Part shown: in pieces, positions 27,149-35,998 of the stretch
How the letters are laid out: each line of letters starts with the position of its first letter
How positions within the stretch are numbered: the first letter of the stretch is position 1
Assembly (NCBI GenBank): GCA_963702425.1
Contig: CAVPCQ010000037.1
Coordinates: forward strand, 160,001-224,000
DNA: 64,000 nucleotides
Direction of reading: 5' to 3'
Source of the DNA: an uncultured Acidobacteriota bacterium
Lineage (GTDB): Bacteria; Acidobacteriota; Polarisedimenticolia; J045
Made by a program: the position numbers and the translations under genes
Notes under the pieces: generated by a model
The model's database searches: none
What the model saw: only the letters and a program-made list of their open reading frames with translations
Told to the model about the DNA's origin: nothing

Positions 27149-27402
27149 CCTCGCGAGATGGACACCGGGGAGGACGATCTTGCTGTCCCGCGGGAACCGA
27201 GCAGTCGGCCGTGGGGCCGGCCGCGAAGCGCACGCCGATGCCGCTCTACGAGAACCGTCGCAGTCTCGCTGGAGTCCGAGTCGCGACCCGAACGTTTCGA
27301 GCACGCGGGGTGCGACCCGCTCCGCGGGGCGCACGATCCGCCGCGGCCGCCAGGGACGTTCACGGTGACTCCCCGCCGGCGTGCGGGACTGTAGCCGCCG
27401 TC

Positions 27403-27633
27403 CTACGGGCGAATACCCCCGCCGGAGAGAAGTCGGCCCCGGGGTCGCCCGGCCGTCGGTGTTGCGAACTCTCGAGTCGCCGCTACCTGGCCGCGCCCCC
27501 TCGCGACCCGCAGGCTCGCGAAGAGGCCGCAGGCACGACAACGGAACCACTCCAGATCCGCCAGTGTGCCAAGGGGGACACCCTCGCCGCCGCAGGCTTC
27601 GCACTCGACGTAGAGCAGATCGTCATGGATCAC
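27403..27633 (-). CDS. Small zinc-ribbon protein, phage-like
   Basis: Strong SD GAGGAGGAGG then GTG. CEACGGEGVPLGTLADLEWFRCRACG carries two CxxC pairs. Confidence 0.6.
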   Translation of the reverse strand: MIHDDLLYVECEACGGEGVPLGTLADLEWFRCRACGLFASLRVARGRGQVAATREFATPTAGRPRGRLLSGGGIRP

Positions 27634-27861
27634 GGTTCCTCCTCCTCGGGCGCGAAGAGCAGCACGATCAGCACGATCAGCACGGTCACGAAAAACGGCC
27701 ATGGGAGCTCGCCGAGGTCTCGCTCTTCGACCCCGAGCCCCCGACACATCACGCGCCGGTACCGCGGGGCCAGACCCCCCCACGCCCGCGCTAGCCACCA
27801 GTCGCCCGACGCCCAGCAGCAGCACGGGCACGAGCGCCTCGAGGAACGTCGCCGCACTCAC
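27630..27861 (-). CDS. Small two-TM membrane protein, probable frameshift near 27810
   Basis: VSAATFLEALVPVLLLG joins ...WWLARAWGGL...LPWPFFVTVLIVLIVLLFAPEEEEP*. GTGA overlaps at both ends. Confidence 0.45.
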
Positions 27862-28202
27862 CTCGGCCGGGGCCTTCCGCTGTAGAACATCGCCTCTTCC
27901 GACTCGGTCAACGCCGCCCATGAGCACTTGGATACCAGTTGGATCGCCCCGCCGCGGGTGCACCGGTGCGGTTCGTGCGGGTAGACAGCCGCGACCGAGG
28001 CCCCAGACAATCCGCAACTCGTCGGCGGGAGGATTGCGGGGTTCCTGCGCTCACGCCGTCCGTCGAGCGCGATCGGGCCGGAACACCGCGCGGCGATCCC
28101 GAGCCCCACCTGCACGAGTTGCGCGAGCTCGAGCGGGATCAGGGACGACTTGATTCTCGACCCCTGGTACGTCCGCTTCGCCTTGCTCATCTCTCGTGCC
28201 AT
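27858..28202 (-). CDS. Hypothetical protein
   Basis: GGAAAGG then ATG, MAREMSKAKRTYQGSRIKSSLIPLELAQL. Stop overlaps the next GTG. Codon usage is atypical. Confidence 0.35.
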   Translation of the reverse strand: MAREMSKAKRTYQGSRIKSSLIPLELAQLVQVGLGIAARCSGPIALDGRRERRNPAILPPTSCGLSGASVAAVYPHEPHRCTRGGAIQLVSKCSWAALTESEEAMFYSGRPRPR

Positions 28203-28436
28203 CCTTTCCGTCCTTCCCGCGCGCGCTTCGCGCCGTGAGGCCGGGTCGCGGCGGTGAGTTCGCAAGGCGACGCCGCCGCGGCGCAGGTTTCGGGGGAAGG
28301 CACCGCGATCCCGGCTCTCTTGTCCAGAAGGGGGCAGCGGGTGACCGGGAGAGGGGACGCGCTAGGGCGTTTCATGGCACCTCGTGACGAGAGAGAATCC
28401 GCGCCGGGCGCGGAAGGACGGGGTTGCGGAGGACCG

Positions 28437-28833
28437 ATGCCGATCTACGAGTACCGCTGCCAAGCCTGCGGCGACGAGTTCGAGATCATCCAGAAGCTCT
28501 CGGACGCGCCGCTCTCGCGCTGCAAGAAGTGCGGCGGGTCGCTCGAGAAGCTCTTCTCGCGCACGGCCTTCCTGCTCAAGGGGGGGGGCTGGTACGCGGA
28601 TGGTTACGGCGGGCCCGGGATCGAAGAAGGGGTCCGGCGAAAGTGAGACCGCGCCAGGGAAGGGGTCCGGGGGAGGGGAGACCGGCCCAAGGAAGGAGTC
28701 CGGCGGAGGGGAGGCCGCTCCCAGGAAAGAGGGGGCCCCCTCGAAGGACGGGGGGAGCGCAGCCAAGAGCGAGCGCTCATCCGTTCCGCCGGCCGGACCC
28801 TCGTCGTCCTCGTCATCCTCGTCATCTGACTGA
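28437..28833 (+). CDS. FmdB-family zinc-ribbon regulatory protein, frameshift near 28615
   Basis: MPIYEYRCQACG...CKKCGG...FLLKGGGWYADGY, followed by a Ser/Gly/Lys-rich tail in the shifted frame. Confidence 0.88.
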
Positions 28834-28844
28834 CCCGGCGAAGG

Positions 28845-28873
28845 TTGACCGTCGCGTCGCGTGCCGGTAGCAT
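28845..28873 (+). promoter_or_regulatory. Sigma70-type promoter upstream of the candidate ncRNA and rny
   Basis: TTGACC-17 nt-TAGCAT. Confidence 0.7.
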
Positions 28874-28879
28874 GCCTTG

Positions 28880-29075
28880 ACGGGCGGTTGAAGACCGTCC
28901 GCGGAAGGCACGCATGACGCCCCGGCGGTCCCTGAAGCGACCGTCCCCGGACGTTCGCAGAGTATTCAGCGCGAGAGAGTTGCCAGCGGGCCAGCCGGCG
29001 TTCCGGTTGGTCATGAGGTGGTTCTGCCTCGCGCGTCTGATCACGGGGATCGCCCGTTCGACCGGTTGGATCCGG
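28880..29075 (+). ncRNA. Candidate structured RNA (6S-like rod or rny leader)
   Basis: Nested helices found by eye: GGCCAGCCGG/CCGGTTGGTC, AGAGTTGCC/GGTGGTTCT, CGCGAG/CTCGCG, TCAG/CTGA, TCCCCG/CGGGGA, GCGA/TCGC. Lies directly after a promoter and before rny. Confidence 0.4.
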
Positions 29076-29365
29076 CTCTTCCCGACGCCGCGCCACTCGC
29101 TGTTCCTGTCCTACGCACCGGCGCCCGGCTGGCCGCGTTCACCCGCCGTTCTCGACGCTCAGCACCCGGACCGCCCGACCTTCCCGTCCATCAGGCTCAC
29201 CGCCTGCGGCGGCGTGGCGATGCTGCCGCGCCCCTCCGGCGGCCATCGCGGGGAAGGCGGAATCGGACGCGACCGCGGCCTGTGGGCCGTGTCGCGGGGG
29301 AGCTGAGCGCGCGGGGCACGCACGCGTCGCCTTCCAGCTGAGCCCACGGGGCTCCTGGAGGCGAG

Positions 29366-30964
29366 ATGCACGGTCTTGTCCTGGCCGCGGACGCGAACGG
29401 CACGCTGGTCGTCTGGCTGGCCGTCGCGGGTCTCTCCGGCCTGCTGTTCGGTGCCGTTCTCGGCTGGCTCCTGGCGGCGCGCGGCGGCCGGGGAATCGTC
29501 GCCACCGCGCGGCGCGAGGCGTCGGCCCTGCTCGAACAGGCCCGGAACCGGGCCGACGAGCAGGTACGGGGTCTCGTCGCCCAGGCCGAGCAGGAAGCGG
29601 CCGGCAAGCGCGAGCGGTGGGCCGAAGAAGAGCGGAGCCGGGTCGCTCGGATCACGGAGCAGGAGGAAGAAGCCGAACGACTGCATCGGCGGCTGGTCGA
29701 CCGCGACCGGGCCCTGGCCCGGCGCGACGAGCTGCTGGGCGAGCGGGAAGGCGAGATCGATCGCAAGCGGCAGGAACTCACCCGGCAGCGGGAGCGCCAG
29801 GCGGAGCTGGAGCAGCAGACCCTGCTCCGGCTCGAGGAGGTCGCGGGACTGTCGCGCGACGAGGCCAAACGCCAGATCGTCGAGGCGTTCCGCGCCGAGG
29901 CGCGCCAGGCCGCGGCGTCGGAGATCCGTGCGATCAAGGAGGAAGCCCAGCGCAACGCCGAGCTCGAGGCGCAGAAGATCATGGCGCTGGCGATCGAGCG
30001 CTTGGCGTCCGATTTTTCGGCGGAGCGCAGCGTCTACTCCGTGCCGCTCCCGGACCCGCAGCTGCGGGGCCGGATCATCGGGGCCGAGGGGCGAAACATC
30101 CGCACCTTCGAGAAGCTCACGGGGATGCAGCTCGTGATGGACGACGATCCGACCCACGTGCTCGTCTCGGGCTTCAACCCGATCAAGCGCGAGGTCGCCA
30201 AGCGCTCGCTCGAGCGCCTGATCGAAGGCGGGACGATCCACCCGCGCAAGATCATCCAGGTCGTCGCGTCGAGCCGGAAGCGGCTGGATCAGGAGATGCA
30301 GAAGGCCGGCCAGGAGGCCGTCGACGAGTTCTCCTTCCGCTCCGTGCACCCCGAGATCGTCGGGCTGCTGGGGCGCCTCCGGTACCGCACCAGCTACGGC
30401 CAGAATGTCCTGGAGCACGTCAAAGAGGCGGCCTGGATCTGCGGGATCATGGCCGCCGAGCTGGGGCTCGACCAGAAGCTGGCACAGCGCGCGGCGCTGC
30501 TGCACGACATCGGCAAGGCGGTCGACTTCGAGCGCGAAGGGACGCACCCCGAGATCGGCGGCAAGCTGGCCCGCCAGTACGGCGAGCCGGAAGTGGTCGT
30601 CAACGCCATCGAGTCGCACCACGACGACTGCGAGGTGATCGATCCGATCTCGGTACTGGTCGCGGCGGCGGACGCGCTGTCCGGCGCGCGCCCCGGGGCC
30701 CGGCGCCGGACCACCGTGGACTACATCCGGCGCGTGACGCAGCTCGAGGAGCTGGCGCGCTCGTTCCCGGCAGTCGACAGCTGCTACGCGCTCCAGGCGG
30801 GGCGGGAGATCCGCGTCATCGTGGAACCCAAACGGATCAACGACGACGGCGTGGCGCTGCTGGCGCACGACCTGACGCAGCGGATCCAGTCCGAAATGGA
30901 CTTCCCGGGCCGGATCAAGGTCACGATCATCCGCGAGGTCCGGGCCCAGGCCGTCGCCCGCTGA
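29366..30964 (+). CDS. rny: Ribonuclease Y
   Basis: N-terminal TM, coiled coil, KH domain (GRIIGAEGRNIR), HD domain (RTSYGQNVLEH, LLHDIGK), ADALSGARPGAR. Confidence 0.97.
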   Translation: MHGLVLAADANGTLVVWLAVAGLSGLLFGAVLGWLLAARGGRGIVATARREASALLEQARNRADEQVRGLVAQAEQEAAGKRERWAEEERSRVARITEQEEEAERLHRRLVDRDRALARRDELLGEREGEIDRKRQELTRQRERQAELEQQTLLRLEEVAGLSRDEAKRQIVEAFRAEARQAAASEIRAIKEEAQRNAELEAQKIMALAIERLASDFSAERSVYSVPLPDPQLRGRIIGAEGRNIRTFEKLTGMQLVMDDDPTHVLVSGFNPIKREVAKRSLERLIEGGTIHPRKIIQVVASSRKRLDQEMQKAGQEAVDEFSFRSVHPEIVGLLGRLRYRTSYGQNVLEHVKEAAWICGIMAAELGLDQKLAQRAALLHDIGKAVDFEREGTHPEIGGKLARQYGEPEVVVNAIESHHDDCEVIDPISVLVAAADALSGARPGARRRTTVDYIRRVTQLEELARSFPAVDSCYALQAGREIRVIVEPKRINDDGVALLAHDLTQRIQSEMDFPGRIKVTIIREVRAQAVAR

Positions 30965-31055
30965 CGCCGGCTGTGGTCCGACGAGTCGGCGATCGTCTCG
31001 AGGATCCCCGACGGCTTGGCCGCGGGCATCCCGACCCGTCCTACAATCGGGTGCG

Positions 31056-31724
31056 ATGACGCGGCGGGAGCAGGGGATCCCCGGAGAGGTGCGGGAGGAG
31101 TTCCTGCGCCTGACGGCGCAGGCCCTGGAGTCGCTCTCGTGCGGCACGATCGGGGTCTCTCGCGCTACCCAGTCGATGGCCCCGCTCTTCCTCGGCGGCG
31201 AGCGCCTGGCGTGGCGCCGGACGGAGTCGACGCCGCGCACCGGCGAGCTGCTGCTGTACCTGCAGCGGCCGGGACCGATCGTGCATCGCGTCGTCGGCCG
31301 CGCCGCCCGCGGAAGCTGGCGCACCAAGGGCGACAACCGACCGATCTGCGACCTGCTCTTCGTGTCCGAGCGCGAGGTGCTGGGGCGGATCGTCGCGTTC
31401 GAGCGCGGCGGCGAGGTCTTCGCGCTCGAGGGGCGCGGCGCGCGGTGCTATGCCCGGGCGGCGGCGTTCCTCTCTCGCGCCGGCGATCTCGCCTACCGCG
31501 CTGCAGCGCTGGGGGACGCGGTGCTGCGGCGCGCGCTCTTCGTCCTCGGCGAGCGGGCCGACCGGGAGCTCCTGCGGCGCCCCGCCTGGTGGGCGCAGCG
31601 GCTCTCGCAGCGCGCGCTCCACGCCCTGCTGTTCGATGCCTGCCACGCGCGGCTGACGGAGCTGCCGTACCCGGAGGCCGACCCGGCGACCGGCGCCGGG
31701 CCCCTTCCCGGAGTCGCACCATGA
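31056..31724 (+). CDS. S24/S26 peptidase-like protein (SipW/Sec11-type motifs)
   Basis: QSMAP (Ser), IVHRVV (His), TKGDN, VLGRIV. Confidence 0.7.
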   Translation: MTRREQGIPGEVREEFLRLTAQALESLSCGTIGVSRATQSMAPLFLGGERLAWRRTESTPRTGELLLYLQRPGPIVHRVVGRAARGSWRTKGDNRPICDLLFVSEREVLGRIVAFERGGEVFALEGRGARCYARAAAFLSRAGDLAYRAAALGDAVLRRALFVLGERADRELLRRPAWWAQRLSQRALHALLFDACHARLTELPYPEADPATGAGPLPGVAP

Positions 31725-32308
31725 ACCAGTCCGGTCCGAGCGGTTGCACCTACTTCTCCGTCGACGTCGAGGCCAGCGGCCCGGTCCCCGGGCTCTACAA
31801 CCTGGTCAGCCTCGGCGCGACCGTCGCGGCCAAGGGCGCCGACGGGCGCTACCGGCTCGGCGAGTCGTTCTATGCCGAGCTCAAGCCGGTCTTTCCCGGC
31901 CAGGATCCGAGCGCCAACCAGGTCCACGGCCTCGACCCCGAGCGGCTAGCCCGCGAGGGCCTGGACCCGCGCGCGGCGCTCGCGGCGCTGTCGGACTTCG
32001 TGGCGCGCGCCACCGAACCCGGCACCGCACCGACCTTCGTCGGTCACGTCGCGGTCTTCGACTGGATGTACGTCGCCTGGTACTACGCCTGGGCCGGGCT
32101 GCCGAACCCGTTCGGCTACAAGGGGATCGACACCAAGTCGCTGGCGATGGGGCTGCTGCGCCTCCCCTGGCCGGAGACCGGCAAGGAGACGCTCTGCGCG
32201 CGGCTCGGCCTCGCCGAGCAGGATGCGCCGACGGTCCATCGCGCGGACGCCGACGCGGCCCACCAGGCGCGCCTGCTCATCGCGCTGCTCGAGCGCGCCG
32301 GGCTCTAG
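31721..32308 (+). CDS. DEDDh 3'-5' exonuclease
   Basis: SVDVEASG, HVAVFDW, IDTKSL, HRADADA. Confidence 0.88.
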   Translation: MNQSGPSGCTYFSVDVEASGPVPGLYNLVSLGATVAAKGADGRYRLGESFYAELKPVFPGQDPSANQVHGLDPERLAREGLDPRAALAALSDFVARATEPGTAPTFVGHVAVFDWMYVAWYYAWAGLPNPFGYKGIDTKSLAMGLLRLPWPETGKETLCARLGLAEQDAPTVHRADADAAHQARLLIALLERAGL

Positions 32309-32394
32309 CCCGGCCCCGGCGCGCTGGCGGGCCGGCGACCGCGTGCTAGTCTGACGCCGCCCGCTCGCACGCCCCGTTCCCTGGAGGCCGGTCC

Positions 32395-34353
32395 TTGGCG
32401 CTCTCCGAGCGACTTTCCCTCGGTGTCACGCTCACCCTGGTGCTCATGCTGCTCGGCCTGCTCAGCGCGGGCGTGATCTACGTGTCGTGGCTCGACGCCG
32501 AGTCGGTCAAGCGGCAGGCCCAGATCGACGTCGACGCCGAGGCGGCCCAGTACCGCAGCAACCTGGAGAGCTGGCACGCCCGGACCCTGCGCGAGCAGGC
32601 CCGCCAGATGGCGGCCCCCTTCCTCTGGGGGGTCGACTCCCTCGACGGCGTGGGCGAGGGGACAGCGGAGTTCAACCGGCTGCAGAAGCGGATGTGCCAG
32701 TACGTCTGGGGGCGCGATACCCCGCCGATCCTCGAGAGAAAGCCCAACGGGCCGCTCGAGGCGGTCGTCATCGTCGACCGCGAGCACCGGATCGTGGCCT
32801 CGTCCGACCCGATGGAGGTCGACAAGCGCTACACCGACCCGGCGGAGATCGCGCTGCTCGACGCGGCGCTCGACAGCCCGAAAGTGCGCCGCGCCGCCGG
32901 ACCGCCGCGCGACGACGGCCAGGAGGTGCTGGAGCTGCTGGCGGGCGTCCCCAACGGGCGCGGCGCGATCATCGGCGTCGTCCGGATGCGCTTCGTGGGC
33001 GGGATGATCGCCTCGCTGCCGGTCCTGCCGCGCTTCGAGGTCCACACCAAGCCGAGCTTCGCCGGCCCGGTCCTGGCCGGGCTGGTGGCGCTCTTCGGGC
33101 TGGCCTTCGGCGTGCTGGCGATCGCGCAGGTCGTGCGCCTCACGAGCCGGATCGAAGCCCTCGCGGAGGGCGTGCCGTTCCCGCCGACCCGCGGTCCCGG
33201 CGCGCGCGCCCTGTCGCTGATCGAAGGCAAGCTGGAGACCCTCTCCGACGCGGTCCAGCGCGACGACCTGATGGTCGCGTCGCTGACCGACGCGCTGCAG
33301 GAGGGGATGCTCGTGCTCGACAAGGACGGACGCGTGGTGATCGCGAACCGCCTCGCGCGCGAGTTCCTCGACCTCGAGCAGATGGTCGGGGAGGAGCTGC
33401 AGCAGCGCTTCCTGGCGGTTCGCAGCGGCTGCCCCGCGCTCGACGGCGTGATCGTCGAGGGGCTCGACCGCGGGCTCGCGGTGCGGGAGAAGCCGGTGGC
33501 CCTGGCCGCGGCCGGGGGCGAGCCCTACGAGCTGCAGGTCAACTCCTACGTCGGCCGCGGCCGCCGGCACTCGCACCACCTGATGCTGGTGCTCAAGGAC
33601 CGCAAGCGGATTGCGGCGCTCGAGAAGAACCTGCGCGAGGCCTCGCGCCTGGCGGCGATCGTGCAGCTCACCGGGAGCTTCGCGCACGAGGTGCGCAACC
33701 CGCTCGGCGCGATCGGCGTCAACCTCGACAACCTGCAGCGCAAACTCGTGCGCACCGCGGATCCCGACCCGGCGGCCGAGAAGACGCTGCGCGTCCTGCG
33801 CGAAGAGATCGTGCGGCTGAACGAAATCCTCGAGGAGTGGCTCGCGCTGACCGCGCCTGAGGAACGGGCCGCGGGCTTCGCCGACGTCGCCGACGTCGCC
33901 GACTCGGTGGCGCGGCTGCTCAAGGTCGAGGCGCGGCACCAGCACGTCGATCTCTCCGTCGAGCGGGACCCGGATCCCGGCCGGGCCGCGATCTCGACCG
34001 CGCGCCTGCGCCAGGTGCTGCTCAACCTCGCGCTCAACGGCCTGCAGGCGATGCCGTCGGGCGGGCGGCTCGCGCTGCGCGCCAAGGGGCTGGGGGACCG
34101 GGTCGTGCTGGAAGTCGAGGACACCGGCAGCGGGATCCCGGAGGAGGTCCGCGACCGGATCTTCGACTTCCACTTCACGACGCGGGAGGAGGGGAGCGGG
34201 CTGGGGCTCGCGATCTGCCGCCGGATGGTCGAGGAGGCGGGAGGGACGATCACCTTCCTGAGCCGGGTCGGGACGGGAACGCTCTTCACCGTGACGCTGC
34301 CGGCGAGCGGGTTCGGGAGGCAGCGGCCGGCTGCCGGGTCGCCGCCCCGCTGA
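32395..34353 (+). CDS. Membrane sensor histidine kinase with PAS-like domain
   Basis: Two TM segments, H-box FAHEVRNPL, N-box QVLLNLALNG, DTGSGI, FTT, GSGLGL. Confidence 0.93.
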   Translation: MALSERLSLGVTLTLVLMLLGLLSAGVIYVSWLDAESVKRQAQIDVDAEAAQYRSNLESWHARTLREQARQMAAPFLWGVDSLDGVGEGTAEFNRLQKRMCQYVWGRDTPPILERKPNGPLEAVVIVDREHRIVASSDPMEVDKRYTDPAEIALLDAALDSPKVRRAAGPPRDDGQEVLELLAGVPNGRGAIIGVVRMRFVGGMIASLPVLPRFEVHTKPSFAGPVLAGLVALFGLAFGVLAIAQVVRLTSRIEALAEGVPFPPTRGPGARALSLIEGKLETLSDAVQRDDLMVASLTDALQEGMLVLDKDGRVVIANRLAREFLDLEQMVGEELQQRFLAVRSGCPALDGVIVEGLDRGLAVREKPVALAAAGGEPYELQVNSYVGRGRRHSHHLMLVLKDRKRIAALEKNLREASRLAAIVQLTGSFAHEVRNPLGAIGVNLDNLQRKLVRTADPDPAAEKTLRVLREEIVRLNEILEEWLALTAPEERAAGFADVADVADSVARLLKVEARHQHVDLSVERDPDPGRAAISTARLRQVLLNLALNGLQAMPSGGRLALRAKGLGDRVVLEVEDTGSGIPEEVRDRIFDFHFTTREEGSGLGLAICRRMVEEAGGTITFLSRVGTGTLFTVTLPASGFGRQRPAAGSPPR

Positions 34354-34359
34354 GACCGA

Positions 34360-34623
34360 TCAGCCGGCGCAGCGGCAGCGGGCCAGCGTCCGGTTGCAGC
34401 AGAAGCAGTAGCCATTGGACCGGAACAGCTCGCGCATCTCGCCCTGCCAGGCGTCGGCGATCCCGATCCGCTCGACGTCCGACAGCTCGGCGGCGTCCAG
34501 CCAGACCCGCATCGTCTCCAGCGACGTGTTGTAGGCGCGGAGCAGCTCGAAGATCCCGACCGGCGCGCCCGCGGGGGCGGCGCGGTCCGCGGCCAGGGAC
34601 AGCTTGTTCGGTATCGTTCTCAT
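34360..34623 (-). CDS. 87-aa hypothetical protein with C-terminal Cys cluster
   Basis: MRTIPNKL...GYCFCCNRTLARCRCAG*, host-like codon usage. Confidence 0.7.
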   Translation of the reverse strand: MRTIPNKLSLAADRAAPAGAPVGIFELLRAYNTSLETMRVWLDAAELSDVERIGIADAWQGEMRELFRSNGYCFCCNRTLARCRCAG

Positions 34624-34757
34624 GGAGTCTCGACCGCTTGAAAGTACGCGGGATCGGGGGGGCAGGCTCGCCGAAAGCCGCAAATCGGCGGGGTTCTTGC
34701 AGCAGCCATGGGCGCGTCAGCCGGCGCTCCCCGGGCGTCACCGCCTCGGACGGGAGA

Positions 34758-34847
34758 TGGCGGAAGGGGTGGGATTCGAACCCACGGTACGGTTACCCGC
34801 ACACCGGTTTTCGAGACCGGCGCCTTCAACCGCTCGGCCACCCTTCC
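34758..34847 (-). tRNA. tRNA-Ser(CGA)
   Basis: GGAAGGGTGGCCGAGCGGTTGAAGGCGCCGGTCTCGAAAACCGG, long variable arm, ...GGTTCGAATCCCACCCCTTCCGCCA. Confidence 0.97.
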
Positions 34848-34900
34848 GCAAAGCGCCGGGGATCGTAGCAGAGGCCGGACGGAGCGTCACCCGAGGGGGG

Positions 34901-35575
34901 TCAGCGCGGGGCCATCCGCACGCGCAGCTCGAGCCCCAGCGCGGCGCTGCGGGCGAGCGCCTCCTCGCCCGGCGCGATCGGCCCGACCCCGGCCGGGGTC
35001 CCGGTGAAGACCAGGTCTCCCGGCTGCAGCAGGAACCAGCGCGAGAGCTGGGCCACGATCGCCGGCGGGTCGAGCAGCATCGAGGCCGCGCAGTCCGACT
35101 GCCGGAGCGTCCCTTCCACCGCCAGCGAGAGGTCGATCTCCCCCCACGGGACGGTCAGCGCCCCGCGCGGGACGAATGCGCTGACCGGGGCCGCCCCGGG
35201 GAACCCCTTGCTGCGGGCCCACGGCTGCCCCTTGGCCTTGGCCTGCGCCTGGAGGTCGCGCGCCGTCAGGTCGATCCCGAGGCCGACCGCGGCGATCGCC
35301 GACTCCGCCTCGTCGCGGGTCAGGCGCGCGCCGCCCGCACCGAGCAGGAGCACCAGCTCGACCTCGTGATGCACCTCCTCGCTCCCCTCGGGCCAGGCGA
35401 TCTCGAGCGCCGCACCCGCCGCCGAGCCCGAGACCAGCGCAGTGGCCGGCATCAGGAACACCACGGGCTCGGCCGGGGCCCCCATCTCCTTCGCGTGCTC
35501 GGCGTAGTTGCGGCCCAGCGCGTAGATCGTTCCGGCGCGGACCGGCGGTGCGCCGCGGACCACCACTTCGCTCAC
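34901..35575 (-). CDS. Fumarylacetoacetate hydrolase family protein
   Basis: GRNYAEHAKEM, VHHEVEL, DLTARDLQ, W-x2-SKGF, GDLVFTGTPAGVG. Confidence 0.93.
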   Translation of the reverse strand: MSEVVVRGAPPVRAGTIYALGRNYAEHAKEMGAPAEPVVFLMPATALVSGSAAGAALEIAWPEGSEEVHHEVELVLLLGAGGARLTRDEAESAIAAVGLGIDLTARDLQAQAKAKGQPWARSKGFPGAAPVSAFVPRGALTVPWGEIDLSLAVEGTLRQSDCAASMLLDPPAIVAQLSRWFLLQPGDLVFTGTPAGVGPIAPGEEALARSAALGLELRVRMAPR

Positions 35576-35928
35576 TTGCCGGGCCTCCGGAGCGGTGCGC
35601 GCGGATCGCCCGCTGGGAAGACCGTGCGCGGGCGGACGGTGTGCAGCGGGATCACGTCGCCGACCAGCCAAGCCGCCGCGACGACCGCGGTGAGCCCGAC
35701 GAGGATCGCCTCCAGCCACATCGAAGTGGTGCCGCCGCGATGGAGCCAGAGCGGCACGGCCACCGCCGCGAGCAACCCCGCGAGGAGCAGCGCATCGCGC
35801 ACCATGCGCCCCGCCGCGGACCACCGCAGCACGGCATTGCACCAGCGGCACGCGTACGTCGCCGCCGGCTTCAGGCTCGCGAGCAGGCCCGGAAAGACCC
35901 GCCCGCCGCATTCGGGACAGACCGCCAT
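35572..35928 (-). CDS. Small membrane protein with N-terminal zinc ribbon
   Basis: MAVCPECG...CRWCNAVL followed by two TM helices. Stop overlaps the FAH GTG. Confidence 0.65.
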   Translation of the reverse strand: MAVCPECGGRVFPGLLASLKPAATYACRWCNAVLRWSAAGRMVRDALLLAGLLAAVAVPLWLHRGGTTSMWLEAILVGLTAVVAAAWLVGDVIPLHTVRPRTVFPAGDPRAPLRRPGK

Positions 35929-35998
35929 GAACGCTCCGCGTCGAGGAACCCCTACGACCGGGAAGATATCGGGAGCATCGCCGCAGGACCACCGCTTG

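Noticed and set aside
28880-29075. Glycine, TPP or SRP RNA identity for the rny leader
   Set aside because: Diagnostic motifs (GCCGAAG...CTCTCAGG, CTGAGA...ACCTG, CAGG-GNRA-AGCAG) are not present.
28914-29341. 130-aa and 107-aa ORFs upstream of rny
   Set aside because: Poor codon bias, no SD, no motifs. The region is better explained as structured non-coding RNA.
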